DNA of 64,000 nucleotides from Ruminiclostridium sp. (GCA_051882315.1 JBJERM010000122.1:2501-66500); one strand, 5' to 3'. Shown: positions 1 through 9,248, counted from the first letter of the stretch. Numbers and translations: made by a program. The notes: generated from the sequence alone by a model not told the origin.

Positions 1-243
1 GCCCAGCCCTATGTTCAGCAGCGCCGTTATCAGCTTTGCTTTTTTTCTTTTAGCGGTAAGCTTTCCGCCGCGCGCGATGTAATCTACGGCATTGTAAAGT
101 CCGTGCAGCAGCAGAACCGTTCCGCCTATCACCGTAAGAGGCGTCAGCAGAATCTCCCTCTGGCAGACTATTATTATGCCCAGCGTCAGCATGGCGGCGC
201 CCATCGCTAAAAGCGCAGCCTTGTACAAATAAACTTTATACAT
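1..243 (-). CDS. Membrane protein, 5' part only (HdeD/DUF308-like); runs off the window edge
   Basis: Manual translation from ATG at 243: MYKVYLYKAALLAMGAAMLTLGIIIVCQREILLTPLTVIGGTVLLLHGLYNAVDY..., open to position 1. Hydrophobic hairpins. The ATG overlaps the rlmH stop (TAATG). Confidence 0.65.
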   Translation of the reverse strand, partial: MYKVYLYKAALLAMGAAMLTLGIIIVCQREILLTPLTVIGGTVLLLHGLYNAVDYIARGGKLTAKRKKAKLITALLNIGLG

Positions 244-722
244 TATTTATGGTACTTTCTGTTATTTATTATCGTAAATGCTCTGTAAATCTGTTCCATG
301 AGCATTATTCTTGCAAGCTGGTGCGGAAAGGTCATTTCCGACATACTTATTCTTATATCAGCGGCTTTCTTTACGCTTTCCGAAAGCCCGCAGGAGCTTC
401 CGATTATGAAAACCGCCGTGCTTTTCCCCTCGTTTCCCGCCTTTTGCAGGGTTTTTGCGAATTTCACGCTGTCCTGCTGTGCGCCCTCGATACAAAGGGC
501 GATAACAAGGCTGTCACGGGGGATTTTTGCTGTTATTTTTTCCGCTTCTGCGGCAAGCGCCTTTGAAATCTCCTGCTCGGTAGGATTTTCGGAAAGCCGC
601 TCGGGTTCGATTTCATCAATTGTGAACTTGCAGAAGCCCGAAAGCCGCTTTTCGTATTCCCTGAAGGCTTCGGTCAGGTATTTTTCCTTTAGCCTGCCGA
701 GAGCGATTATTTTTACGTTCAT
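243..722 (-). CDS. rlmH: 23S rRNA (pseudouridine1915-N3)-methyltransferase RlmH
   Basis: 159 aa SPOUT-type protein with motifs FIIGSSCGL, MTFPHQLARIMLMEQIYRA and C-terminal KYHK. Confidence 0.97.
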   Translation of the reverse strand: MNVKIIALGRLKEKYLTEAFREYEKRLSGFCKFTIDEIEPERLSENPTEQEISKALAAEAEKITAKIPRDSLVIALCIEGAQQDSVKFAKTLQKAGNEGKSTAVFIIGSSCGLSESVKKAADIRISMSEMTFPHQLARIMLMEQIYRAFTIINNRKYHK

Positions 723-745
723 TTACAATATCCTTTTGGAAAGCC

Positions 746-2176
746 TTACCACTTGCGGTTAATATTAGCCTTTCTGCGCTGTCTTGCCTCAAGCTTTGCA
801 ATACGGTTTTTCTGAACGGCGTTTAAGATAACGTCGGCGATAATGAACACTGCCAGAAGAACTATACAAATCTTGAACCAGCCCTTGTCGAAAATGCTGT
901 TTATCATACGCATGGTGTATTCAAACTGTGAAAGCTCAATGCTTTGTGAAGCGATAAGGTTGGTGTTCCAGATAACCTCGTCGTTAAGGGATAATTCGAG
1001 TGTTCCCAGTACCTGCCCCTTTTCGATAGGAGCGACAACAGCGTCGTTGTCGTTTTTCTCGGCTGTTATTTTTACGTCCTGCTTTATAACGGAAGTATCC
1101 ATTCCCTTGGGAAGCAGGGTTGAGAAGGAGGCTGAGGGCTTAAGTATAACAACGTCAGCATTTTCGCCCATATCAACCTTTATGTTGGCAATTACGGTGT
1201 GCTCGCTTATAACATCGACTATTCCGAGAGACTTGAAAGCCCATTTGTAAAGGGTAATTGCGTCGGTAAAGTGGTAGTTTGAGCGGTTTCCTTCGGGGGT
1301 TGTATAGGGTGCGCCGACGGTAACAAGCATATAGTTGAAGCCGTTCTGTGTGGCGGTGGAAATCATATTCATAAAGCCGGGCTGTTCCACACCGTTCTCG
1401 TCCCAGTAAACGTCAAGGCTTCCTGTTTTAACGTTCTGAGCGTACTCGTAGTAGTAGGGGTTGTCGCCTATGTTCCTTATCATGGAGTTTACGTTTACAA
1501 GGGTATAGGGGTCGGGATTATACTTATTTGCGGGCATTACATATTCCTGAGTATTAGCAATCTCGATAAGCTGGGGAACCTTTTCGTAGGCGTATTTGCC
1601 TATTAAGTACAGGTCGTATGGAGTGGAATAATTGTCCGCCTGCCAGAGTCCGTGGGTGTTGCCGAAATGGGTGCCCTCGCAGCCTATTTCCGCTGCCTTT
1701 TTGTTCATCAGATTCACGAAATCAGCGATACTGTCACAAATATTAAGAGCGATTACGTTTCCTGCCTCGCAGCCCGATTTTACAAGCAGACCGTAAAGAC
1801 AGTCCCGCATAGTAAGGTTGGTCTGTCCTACCGCAATACCGCAGGTTCCTGCGCCGTCCTTGTTGGGGTCGCCCTCCCAGAACTCATTTGTAGCGTCGTA
1901 GGTAACATCAACGGGCATATCAAGGTTGGAGCAGTTTTCAAGCGCCACGATAGCGGTCATAACCTTTGTTATCGAAGCGGGGTAGCAGCGCTCATGCTCG
2001 TTCTTAGCGGCAACTACTGTACCCAAATCGAGATTTACCATATAGTAGCCCGTACTCTTAATATCTCCCTCGGGAGTAAATGCCGCAGAAGCGGGGATAT
2101 ATGAAAAGTCTGTGAAAAATACGGCAAAAGTAAACATAATCACCGCAAACAGAGCCTTAATTTTTATATTTCGCAT
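746..2176 (-). CDS. D-alanyl-D-alanine carboxypeptidase (peptidase S11, low-MW PBP)
   Basis: Signal peptide, YPASITK (SxxK), SGC (SxN variant), NTHG, KTG, PBP5-like C-terminal domain and a C-terminal TM helix. Confidence 0.92.
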   Translation of the reverse strand: MRNIKIKALFAVIMFTFAVFFTDFSYIPASAAFTPEGDIKSTGYYMVNLDLGTVVAAKNEHERCYPASITKVMTAIVALENCSNLDMPVDVTYDATNEFWEGDPNKDGAGTCGIAVGQTNLTMRDCLYGLLVKSGCEAGNVIALNICDSIADFVNLMNKKAAEIGCEGTHFGNTHGLWQADNYSTPYDLYLIGKYAYEKVPQLIEIANTQEYVMPANKYNPDPYTLVNVNSMIRNIGDNPYYYEYAQNVKTGSLDVYWDENGVEQPGFMNMISTATQNGFNYMLVTVGAPYTTPEGNRSNYHFTDAITLYKWAFKSLGIVDVISEHTVIANIKVDMGENADVVILKPSASFSTLLPKGMDTSVIKQDVKITAEKNDNDAVVAPIEKGQVLGTLELSLNDEVIWNTNLIASQSIELSQFEYTMRMINSIFDKGWFKICIVLLAVFIIADVILNAVQKNRIAKLEARQRRKANINRKW

Positions 2177-2345
2177 ATAGACAAAACCACCTTTTTGGGA
2201 TATAATATACTAATAAAACGTATTACATACTATTATAGCATAATTTTCTTAAAAATAAAAGACTTTTTTATAAGTAATTTTAAATTTTAGGATTTTTTTG
2301 CAGGGCGTGTGATACGGGTAATTTTTTCAAGAAAGGGTAACAAAA

Positions 2346-2582
2346 ATGGCAGAATTCAAGTATGAGATAGTAAAGGAGCTGGGAGTTATCTCCGAGGGCG
2401 CAAGAGGCTGGACAAAGGAGCTTAATCTTATAAGCTGGAACGACAAGCCCGCTAAGTTCGATATAAGGGACTGGGCGCCCGACCACGAGAAAATGGGCAA
2501 GGGCGTTTCTCTAACTGAGGAGGAAATGCAGAGCCTTATCGAGCTGTTTAATGCAAGGGACGAAGAGGATAGTTTTGAATAA
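2346..2582 (+). CDS. YdbC/PC4-family ssDNA-binding protein
   Basis: GWTKELNLISWN...KFDIRDWAPDHEKMGKGVSLT signature; SD AAAGGG upstream. Confidence 0.9.
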   Translation: MAEFKYEIVKELGVISEGARGWTKELNLISWNDKPAKFDIRDWAPDHEKMGKGVSLTEEEMQSLIELFNARDEEDSFE

Positions 2583-2608
2583 GCATCAAAGCTGAACTTT
2601 TACAGAGA

Positions 2609-2634
2609 AGCGCCCGCCGTTCACGGCGGGCGCT
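2609..2634. terminator. Bidirectional intrinsic terminator between convergent genes
   Basis: AGCGCCCGCCG-TTCA-CGGCGGGCGCT perfect stem. Confidence 0.75.
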
Positions 2635-2640
2635 TTGCTG

Positions 2641-3966
2641 TTATTCTTCAACCAACGTTGTGGGAGAAGTAAATATAAGTATATTCTTCGTATAGGAAAG
2701 TATAGTCGGGTCCTGATAAATATCAACCGTTCTTGTGCAGCTCTCTCCTGACTTTACCTCGTCGGAGCAGTAGTCAATGCCAAGGCCTGTAATATTGCCG
2801 TTTTCGTCGGTGAGAAGTATTGTAACGTCGCCGGGAGTCATAGTCACGTCCTCCGTGGAATAAAGGTTGTATTCCGCAGTAAGAAGTCCGTCCTTGTAGT
2901 CGCCGGTCGCCTGTAAATCCGCTTCCCATGCAACAACCTGCTCATAGCTTTTCGGCAGTATCTCAAATTCATCCCAGCGTATGCTGCCGTCCGGCGTACC
3001 CTCGTCGCAGTAAATCATATTAACATAGGTCATGCCTCTCGCAAGGGCGGGAACATAGACAAATGTCTCGCCTATTACGTTTCCCTCCTTGTCCTTTGCG
3101 TAAGCATTGGCGGACAGGGAAATCGTTTCGTTGTAAATGCTTGTAATTGCGTAGATAAGGCAATAATCGTCGTAAAGCTTATAGGGCGCAACGCTTATAA
3201 AAATACCGGGATATGAGTCGGAAAGGTTGTAGGTAACGCCCCAGTTCACCCTGTTGTAGTCCGAGGGCAGGGAGGCGAGGATTTCCTCCGGCGAAAGCTG
3301 CTGAGCCGTTGTTTCGGAAGCGGCGCTTTCTGTTTCGGGGGCTTCTGTTGAAGCTTGCGTTTCTTTAGGTGCAGTCTCTTCTGCGGGGGCAGTCTGTTCG
3401 CTTGCGACTGACTTCGGCTTATAAGCATGAATATCCGAAGAAGCGCCTTCTATGGGAGTACCACGGAATGCCACAAGACGAAAAACGTCAAAGTCCTCCC
3501 GTGTTTCCATAACAAGACCTGCGTCAAGCCCGCAGTCTGCCATATATGAGAAAAGGTCAAGGCTTCCGTCCCCGTTTTCACGGTAGAAGAAATCCCTGCC
3601 GTTGACTGTCTTTACCTCGTCAACGCCGGCAACCAGCGTTTCGTAGTTTTCTCTTGAGGTGCAGCCGCAGTAAAGCACGGCGTTTCCGTCCTTGTCCAGA
3701 ATATTGAAGCCCGAATTTTCCTGTATAAGCTCGAATTTATGCCCGTTTGTGGTATCAACCCAGACGTTCATTTTCCCGTAGTTTTCAAGCTTGAAGACAT
3801 ACTGTAAATCTGCGTGTATATTGGACTCGGGGGCGTCGATAAAAACGTCCTCGTAATCCTCCTTTTCGCTTTTTGTTCCGATTGAAAAGCTACAGCCCGC
3901 CACGGACAGGACAATAGCGGCAGAGGCGAGAACAGCGGCAAATGCCTTTAAAAATCTTTTCATCAT
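2641..3966 (-). CDS. Lipoprotein with Glu/Thr/Ala-rich linker and two FxLYD-like Ig-type domains
   Basis: Lipobox VAGC, low-complexity linker, repeated motifs AKDKEGNVIG and LTDENGNITG. Confidence 0.7.
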   Translation of the reverse strand: MMKRFLKAFAAVLASAAIVLSVAGCSFSIGTKSEKEDYEDVFIDAPESNIHADLQYVFKLENYGKMNVWVDTTNGHKFELIQENSGFNILDKDGNAVLYCGCTSRENYETLVAGVDEVKTVNGRDFFYRENGDGSLDLFSYMADCGLDAGLVMETREDFDVFRLVAFRGTPIEGASSDIHAYKPKSVASEQTAPAEETAPKETQASTEAPETESAASETTAQQLSPEEILASLPSDYNRVNWGVTYNLSDSYPGIFISVAPYKLYDDYCLIYAITSIYNETISLSANAYAKDKEGNVIGETFVYVPALARGMTYVNMIYCDEGTPDGSIRWDEFEILPKSYEQVVAWEADLQATGDYKDGLLTAEYNLYSTEDVTMTPGDVTILLTDENGNITGLGIDYCSDEVKSGESCTRTVDIYQDPTILSYTKNILIFTSPTTLVEE

Positions 3967-3977
3967 AATTCTCCTTT

Positions 3978-4817
3978 TCAGAGCCTTTCGGCTCTCATCG
4001 CATAAACGGACATTGAAGCGGCATTTTCCGCCGAAAGGGTATAAATTCTTGAAAGCAGCAGGCTTTTAAGCTTTTGCGGCATAGCTTTTAGGGCTGAAAT
4101 CTTCTGCGGGAAAAGCTCTCTTGCAATTTCTATTTCCCGTACAGCGTCGGTGTTATCGGGGCAGGTAATATCCGCGGTTTTCACAATATCCCAGCCGCAG
4201 GCTGCCGCCGCTGTTTCGATTTCCTGGGGGTAGAACATTGTGTGAATGTTGAAATGGTCGGAGCAGGGGTAGGCTTCGCAGATTGCCTGTATTTCCGCCG
4301 CCGAAAAGTGGGAGTACTGGGACATTTCCGTAATTGCGGGATTCCATTCCGCAATACATAGGTTAAGTCCCCAGCGGCGGGTTTTGAAAAGTATATCGTG
4401 CAGCTCCTTCTGGGAGGACAGATACCATAGGCAGTGGGAAAGAATTATGTAGTCGAAGGAGTTGTCCTCAAAGTCGAAGGAGTCGCTTAGAATATTTACC
4501 CCAAGGTCAATATTTATCCGCTCTCCCAGCCCCGAGGTCATAAGCCGCTCTCTAGCCTGCCCGACGGTTTCGGGGGAGCCGTAGTCGGGACCTGCCACAT
4601 CAATGCCGTAGATAAAGCCCCTGTCGCCCACGGTATAGGCGAGGGCTGCCGTGGTTTCGCCCTGTCCGCAGCCCACTTCAAGTATTCTGCTTCCGCTTTC
4701 TATTTTCCAGAAGTCTATAAGCCGGAGCCTGTTTTCAATTGCGGCTCTGTTTGTTTCGCCGTAAAGCCCCGTGAGCCGCATAATTTTTTCCGCTCTTACT
4801 GCTGCGTCCTCGGGCAT
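3978..4817 (-). CDS. Class I SAM-dependent methyltransferase
   Basis: Motif I ILEVGCGQG. Start moved to ATG 4817 behind SD AAAGGAGG; the longer ORF-track start runs into a repeat element. Confidence 0.85.
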   Translation of the reverse strand: MPEDAAVRAEKIMRLTGLYGETNRAAIENRLRLIDFWKIESGSRILEVGCGQGETTAALAYTVGDRGFIYGIDVAGPDYGSPETVGQARERLMTSGLGERINIDLGVNILSDSFDFEDNSFDYIILSHCLWYLSSQKELHDILFKTRRWGLNLCIAEWNPAITEMSQYSHFSAAEIQAICEAYPCSDHFNIHTMFYPQEIETAAAACGWDIVKTADITCPDNTDAVREIEIARELFPQKISALKAMPQKLKSLLLSRIYTLSAENAASMSVYAMRAERL

Positions 4818-4868
4818 AGCCTTCCCTCCTTTGAAATAAAGCAAATCCCCTTGCGTAAAGTAAAGTTT

Positions 4869-5057
4869 AATGAATAAAGAATATTGAACATTAAATAATG
4901 GAATAAATATGGTGTGCCCTTGGGGCACGGATTTAAAATAGTGCTGTTTAATTGCATTTATCAAAATAATCGGCGAAGCCGATACCTAAAATATTCATTT
5001 TTCTTTATTCTTTATTCAATATTCATTTCTTGTTGAAAAGACTTTTTCGACAAGCTG
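4869..5057. repeat. Dispersed repeat family A, copy A1 (MITE/REP-like)
   Basis: GAAT-rich arm, hairpin GTGCCC-TTG-GGGCAC, hairpin ATCGGC-GAA-GCCGAT, ATTC-rich arm, end GAAAAGACTTTTTCGACAAGCTG. Homologous to 7391-7608 and 52727-52928. Confidence 0.85.
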
Positions 5058-5166
5058 AGTCTTTTGTATAAAGCAAAAGCCCCCTGTAAAGCAGGGGGCG
5101 GGCTTTGCGTCCTTTTAGGCGAGCCGCAGGAAACTGCGCCCGTTCAATAATCAGAATGTGCCGAGC

Positions 5167-5355
5167 TTACTGTGCACGCTGAACCTTACCGGAACGTAAG
5201 CATCTTGTGCAGGCGGTAACTCTGCAGGGAGTTCCGTTTACGATAGCCTTAACCTTCTGAACATTGGGCTTAAAGCTTCTGTTTGTACGTCTGTGTGAGT
5301 GAGAAACCTTAATACCGAAAGTGACACCCTTGCCGCAGATTTCGCATTTTGCCAT
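5167..5355 (-). CDS. rpmB: 50S ribosomal protein L28
   Basis: MAKCEICGK...VSHSHRRTNR...CTRCLRSGKV. Confidence 0.98.
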   Translation of the reverse strand: MAKCEICGKGVTFGIKVSHSHRRTNRSFKPNVQKVKAIVNGTPCRVTACTRCLRSGKVQRAQ

Positions 5356-5648
5356 GGGTCAGCACCTCCTTCATTTCTTTGAGTCTTATTAATCTGAAAA
5401 CATCTGATAAACAGTTTTTCACCGAATACCTTAATAGTTTATCAAAAATACCCGCCGTTGTCAATAGGTTTTAAAAATTTTTTTAAAATGCGACAAAAAA
5501 CGGCTGACTTGCCCCGACAATATGTGCATTTCATATATCGGAGCAGAAGAAAAAGCGAATAATGATGAATTGTGGCGTGCATAACAGGGAATATTTCAAT
5601 ATTGCCGCAAAGCGGCGCTGCTATCATTCCATTTACGTTATTCAATAA

Positions 5649-6653
5649 TTACAGGTTTGCGTTCCAGTACTGCTCCTTTTCATGGGTCTGGGGGCGGTGC
5701 ATAAGCGCACGGAGCGAATCCGCAGGTTTGATGTTTTCATAGCACACCTGATAAAGCTGGTCGATTATCGGCGTTCTTACGTTTAGCTTTTTTGCCGCCT
5801 CATAAGCAATTCCGCAGCAGCCGTAGCCCTCAACCGTTCCCACATTTTTAACCGCTTCCTCTGCCTTCATTCCCTCTCCGATAAGTATTCCTGCACGGTG
5901 ATTTCTGGAATGAGCGGAGGTACAGGTTACAATAAGGTCGCCCACGCCCGCAAGTCCCGTAAAGGTTTCCCAGCGGGCGCCCATGGCAACTCCGAGCCTT
6001 GTGATTTCCGCAAGTCCTCTTGTCATAAGAGAAGCAATTGTGTTGTCTCCAAGCTTCATGCCCTCGATTATTCCGCAGCAGAGAGCTATCGGGTTTTTAA
6101 GAGCAGCGGCGATTTCGCAGCCTGCCACATCATCGTTAAGATAAATACGAAGACTATCCGTCTGAAGCTTTTCCTGTATATGCTCGGCGCAGGCGGTGTT
6201 CTCGCTGGCGATAACAACCGTTGTGGGAACGCTTCTGCCCACTTCCTCGGCGTGACAGGGACCTGCCATAACGGCGATAGGATTATCAGGGATTTCCTCG
6301 CGGATAACCTGTGATAGCCGCTTCAGGCTGCCCTCCTCGAAGCCCTTGCCAACGTTAAGGATAAGTGTGTTTTTATCAATATATGGGCTCGCCTTGGCTG
6401 CAACCTCTCTTACAAAGCGGGAGGGAATTGCGAAAACAAGTATATCTGCGCCCTTTACGCAGGAGATGTCGGTTGTAAAGCCAATGCGGTTTGAAACGGC
6501 TATTCCGGGAAGCAGCCTTTTATGCTCGCCGAAGCGCTGTATATCTGTAATTTCCTCCTGATATTTCGTCCACGCCGTAACCTCGTGTCCCGCCTTGTTC
6601 CAGAGCACCGCAAGAGCGGTTCCGAAGCCGCAGCCCAGTATTGTTATCTTCAT
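5649..6653 (-). CDS. gpsA: NAD(P)H-dependent glycerol-3-phosphate dehydrogenase
   Basis: GCGFGTALA Rossmann motif, ALKNPIA, GLAGVGDLIVTCTS, SRNHRAG. Confidence 0.95.
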   Translation of the reverse strand: MKITILGCGFGTALAVLWNKAGHEVTAWTKYQEEITDIQRFGEHKRLLPGIAVSNRIGFTTDISCVKGADILVFAIPSRFVREVAAKASPYIDKNTLILNVGKGFEEGSLKRLSQVIREEIPDNPIAVMAGPCHAEEVGRSVPTTVVIASENTACAEHIQEKLQTDSLRIYLNDDVAGCEIAAALKNPIALCCGIIEGMKLGDNTIASLMTRGLAEITRLGVAMGARWETFTGLAGVGDLIVTCTSAHSRNHRAGILIGEGMKAEEAVKNVGTVEGYGCCGIAYEAAKKLNVRTPIIDQLYQVCYENIKPADSLRALMHRPQTHEKEQYWNANL

Positions 6654-6671
6654 TCCTGTAATTCCTTTCTG

Positions 6672-7328
6672 TCAGATAAGCTGCTGCTCGTTAATAATAA
6701 GCCTGAATTGCAGCCCAAGCTTTTCCGCCGCTTTTCTGCACATAATCATACGGTTAAGAAAAATCTCAAAGTAGTCCATAACCGAGCCGTAGCGGGTATC
6801 TATGGACATTTTCAGCTTTATAAGAGTGCGCTCCTCGTTGATTTTAAGCTGAGCTTTTTTTACGGAGTAGTTTACCCTGTCGTGAATATCGAAGCTTGAA
6901 ATATCCGAATTTCTTACTCTTGAACGCCTTACGTCCGACTTATCCGCAAGGATAAGCGCTGCCGCTATGGGGTTTACGGGCACTCCCGTGCCCTCGTCGT
7001 GGTTGCCTATTGCGGTAACTATCGTTGCTATATCCTTTGGGGGCATTTGCAGCTTGTCCAGAATCCTGAATGCCATAACCGCTCCGCTTTGTGAGTGGTC
7101 TATACGGTTTACGAGATTGCCTAAGTCGTGCATATAGCCCGCTATTTTTCCCAGCTCCACAACATGAGCGTCATAGCCTAAGGTTTCCAGAATATAGCCT
7201 GCTGTTTCAGCCACAACGGTTACATGGGCGAAGCTGTGCTCCGTAAAGCCCAGCGCCGTAAGGGACTCGTCAGCGCAGCGTATATAGGTGTTTATTGCCT
7301 CGTTGTTCTTTATTTCTTCGTAGGTCAT
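6672..7328 (-). CDS. HD-domain phosphohydrolase
   Basis: EHSFAH...YMHDLGN...NHDE...ADKSD metal-binding pattern. Start moved to MTYEEIK (7328). Confidence 0.85.
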   Translation of the reverse strand: MTYEEIKNNEAINTYIRCADESLTALGFTEHSFAHVTVVAETAGYILETLGYDAHVVELGKIAGYMHDLGNLVNRIDHSQSGAVMAFRILDKLQMPPKDIATIVTAIGNHDEGTGVPVNPIAAALILADKSDVRRSRVRNSDISSFDIHDRVNYSVKKAQLKINEERTLIKLKMSIDTRYGSVMDYFEIFLNRMIMCRKAAEKLGLQFRLIINEQQLI

Positions 7329-7390
7329 ATAGGTAAATCTCCGTGTGGGCGGTAAAAATCTGCTTCCGAAGCAGAAGCTCCGGAAGCAGT

Positions 7391-7608
7391 CAGCTTGCCG
7401 AAAAAGTCTTTTCGGCAAGAAATGAATATTTAATAATGAATAGTGAATAAATGTGGTGTGCCCTTCGGGCACGGATTTAAATTAGTGCATTATTATCACT
7501 TTTTTCAGAACAATCGGCGAAGCCGATACCACTATTATTCATTCTTCGTTATTCTTTATTCGTTATTCAATAAGATAAACCCTGTTTCCAGGGTTTATCG
7601 ACAGCCTT
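7391..7608. repeat. Dispersed repeat family A, copy A2
   Basis: CAGCTTGCCGAAAAAGTC left end, same two core hairpins as A1, right end GATAAACCCTG-TTTC-CAGGGTTTATCGACAGCCTT abutting the glgA stop. Confidence 0.88.
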
Positions 7609-9043
7609 ACTTGTCCCAGCTGCAAAGCTCCTCATAAAGTCCGATGTAGAGTTTAGCGGACTGCTTCCAGCTGAAGTCTGCCTTCATACCGGTTTCAACA
7701 AGCTTGTTCCACTTCTTCTTGTCCTGGAATACATCCTTTGCTCTGTTGATAGCGCCAAGCATATCAAGAGCATTGTAGGACTGGAAGGTAAAGCCTACGC
7801 CGTTTCCGCTGGGGTCGCCGTAGTCCATAATCGAGTCCTTAAGACCGCCTGTTGCACGGACAATCGGAACTGTACCGTAGCGAAGGGCAATCATCTGAGC
7901 AAGTCCGCAGGGCTCGCTCTTACTGGGCATTAAGAACATATCCGCACCTGCATAGATTTTCTTTGCGTAGGTGGGAATGTAGCCGCACTTGAAGCTTACG
8001 GCTGCGGGATACTTCTCCTGCATATAGTGGAAGAAATCCTCGTACTGCTTTTCACCTGAGCCTAAGATAACAACCTTTATGCCGGAATGAACAATATCGT
8101 CAAGCACGCACTTGATAAGGTCGAAGCCCTTATGCTCAACAAGACGGGAAATAATACCCATAATCGGTACGTCGGTCTGGGGAAGACCCGCTTCTTCAAG
8201 CAGCTTCTCACGGCAGATTTTCTTGCCCGCCATATTCTTTACGCTGAAATTAGCGGGGATAGCCTTGTCGGTTTCGCTGTTGTACATATCGGTATCAATT
8301 CCGTTAAGGAAGCCGCAGGTTTTGTACTGCTTGCTGTTAAGGCAGCGGTCAAGACCGTGGGAGAACCAGGGGTTAAGGATTTCCTTAGCATAGGTGGGAG
8401 AAACGGTTGTTACCTTATCGGACATTTCGATAGCGCCCTTCATAAGGTTAGCGTCGCCGTCGTATTCGATAATTGAGCTTAAGTGACGGGGAATAGAGAA
8501 AATCTCCTCGGTAAGCTCAAGTCCGTACTGTCCCTGGTATCCTATATTATGTATTGTGAATACATTTCTGATACCCCACATATTATGGTGATATTTGTAA
8601 TAAATATTGTAATATATTGGAATAAGGGCGCACTGCCAGTCGTTGGAGTTGATGATGTCGGGCTTTATCTGGAGATGCTCAAGCATTTCAAGCACTGCTC
8701 TTGAGAAGAAAGCGTATCTTTCTGCGTCGTCGTAGTAGCCGTAAAGACCGAAATCACGCTTGAAATAGTACTCGTTGTCGATAAAGTAGTATCTTACGCC
8801 GTTTACGACAGTGGTGAAAATGCCGCAGTACTGGGAGCGCCAGCCAACGGGAACGTAGAAATTCGTAAGGTATTCCAGCTTTTCCCTTACCTCTGGCTTT
8901 ATGGTATTATAATAGTAGGGCATAACTACCATACATTCGTGGCCTTCTTCAACTAGCGCCTTGGGGAGAGAGCCTGCAACATCTGCAAGACCGCCGGAAG
9001 CCGCAAAGGGCTGAGCCTCGCTGGCTGCATATAAAATCTTCAT
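7607..9043 (-). CDS. glgA: Glycogen synthase
   Basis: SGGLADVAGSLP, NDWQ, SRLVEHKG, EPCGLAQMIALRYG, TGGLKD. Confidence 0.97.
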   Translation of the reverse strand: MKILYAASEAQPFAASGGLADVAGSLPKALVEEGHECMVVMPYYYNTIKPEVREKLEYLTNFYVPVGWRSQYCGIFTTVVNGVRYYFIDNEYYFKRDFGLYGYYDDAERYAFFSRAVLEMLEHLQIKPDIINSNDWQCALIPIYYNIYYKYHHNMWGIRNVFTIHNIGYQGQYGLELTEEIFSIPRHLSSIIEYDGDANLMKGAIEMSDKVTTVSPTYAKEILNPWFSHGLDRCLNSKQYKTCGFLNGIDTDMYNSETDKAIPANFSVKNMAGKKICREKLLEEAGLPQTDVPIMGIISRLVEHKGFDLIKCVLDDIVHSGIKVVILGSGEKQYEDFFHYMQEKYPAAVSFKCGYIPTYAKKIYAGADMFLMPSKSEPCGLAQMIALRYGTVPIVRATGGLKDSIMDYGDPSGNGVGFTFQSYNALDMLGAINRAKDVFQDKKKWNKLVETGMKADFSWKQSAKLYIGLYEELCSWDK

Positions 9044-9210
9044 AACAGTATCCTCCTTTGGTTTTTAGGCATAGCGTTTCACTATCCTGCTTATATTGTA
9101 CCATATATTTATAAAAATGCAAGAGTTTTAATAAAAATTTACTGTTATTTTTATCACAATTGTAAGTTTTGCACAAAAACAAGTGGGTTTTGTTGGCTGG
9201 AGAAAATTAT

Positions 9211-9248
9211 CGGCAAATATTGACAAATACTTGCCGTTGTTATATAAT
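9211..9248 (+). promoter_or_regulatory. Sigma-A promoter with palindromic operator across the -35 box
   Basis: TTGACA (9220-25), 17 bp, TATAAT (9243-48). Inverted repeat CGGCAAATAT-N6-ATACTTGCCG (9211-9236). Confidence 0.75.

Noticed and set aside
243-270. rlmH 3' end as an SCC-type integration site
   Set aside because: The next gene is translationally coupled to the rlmH stop; no att duplication or recombinase follows.
4818-4964. N-terminal extension of the methyltransferase in the ORF track
   Set aside because: It runs through repeat A1; a strong SD supports ATG 4817.
7329-7472. N-terminal extension of the HD protein in the ORF track
   Set aside because: It is a translation of repeat A2 and adjacent hairpins.
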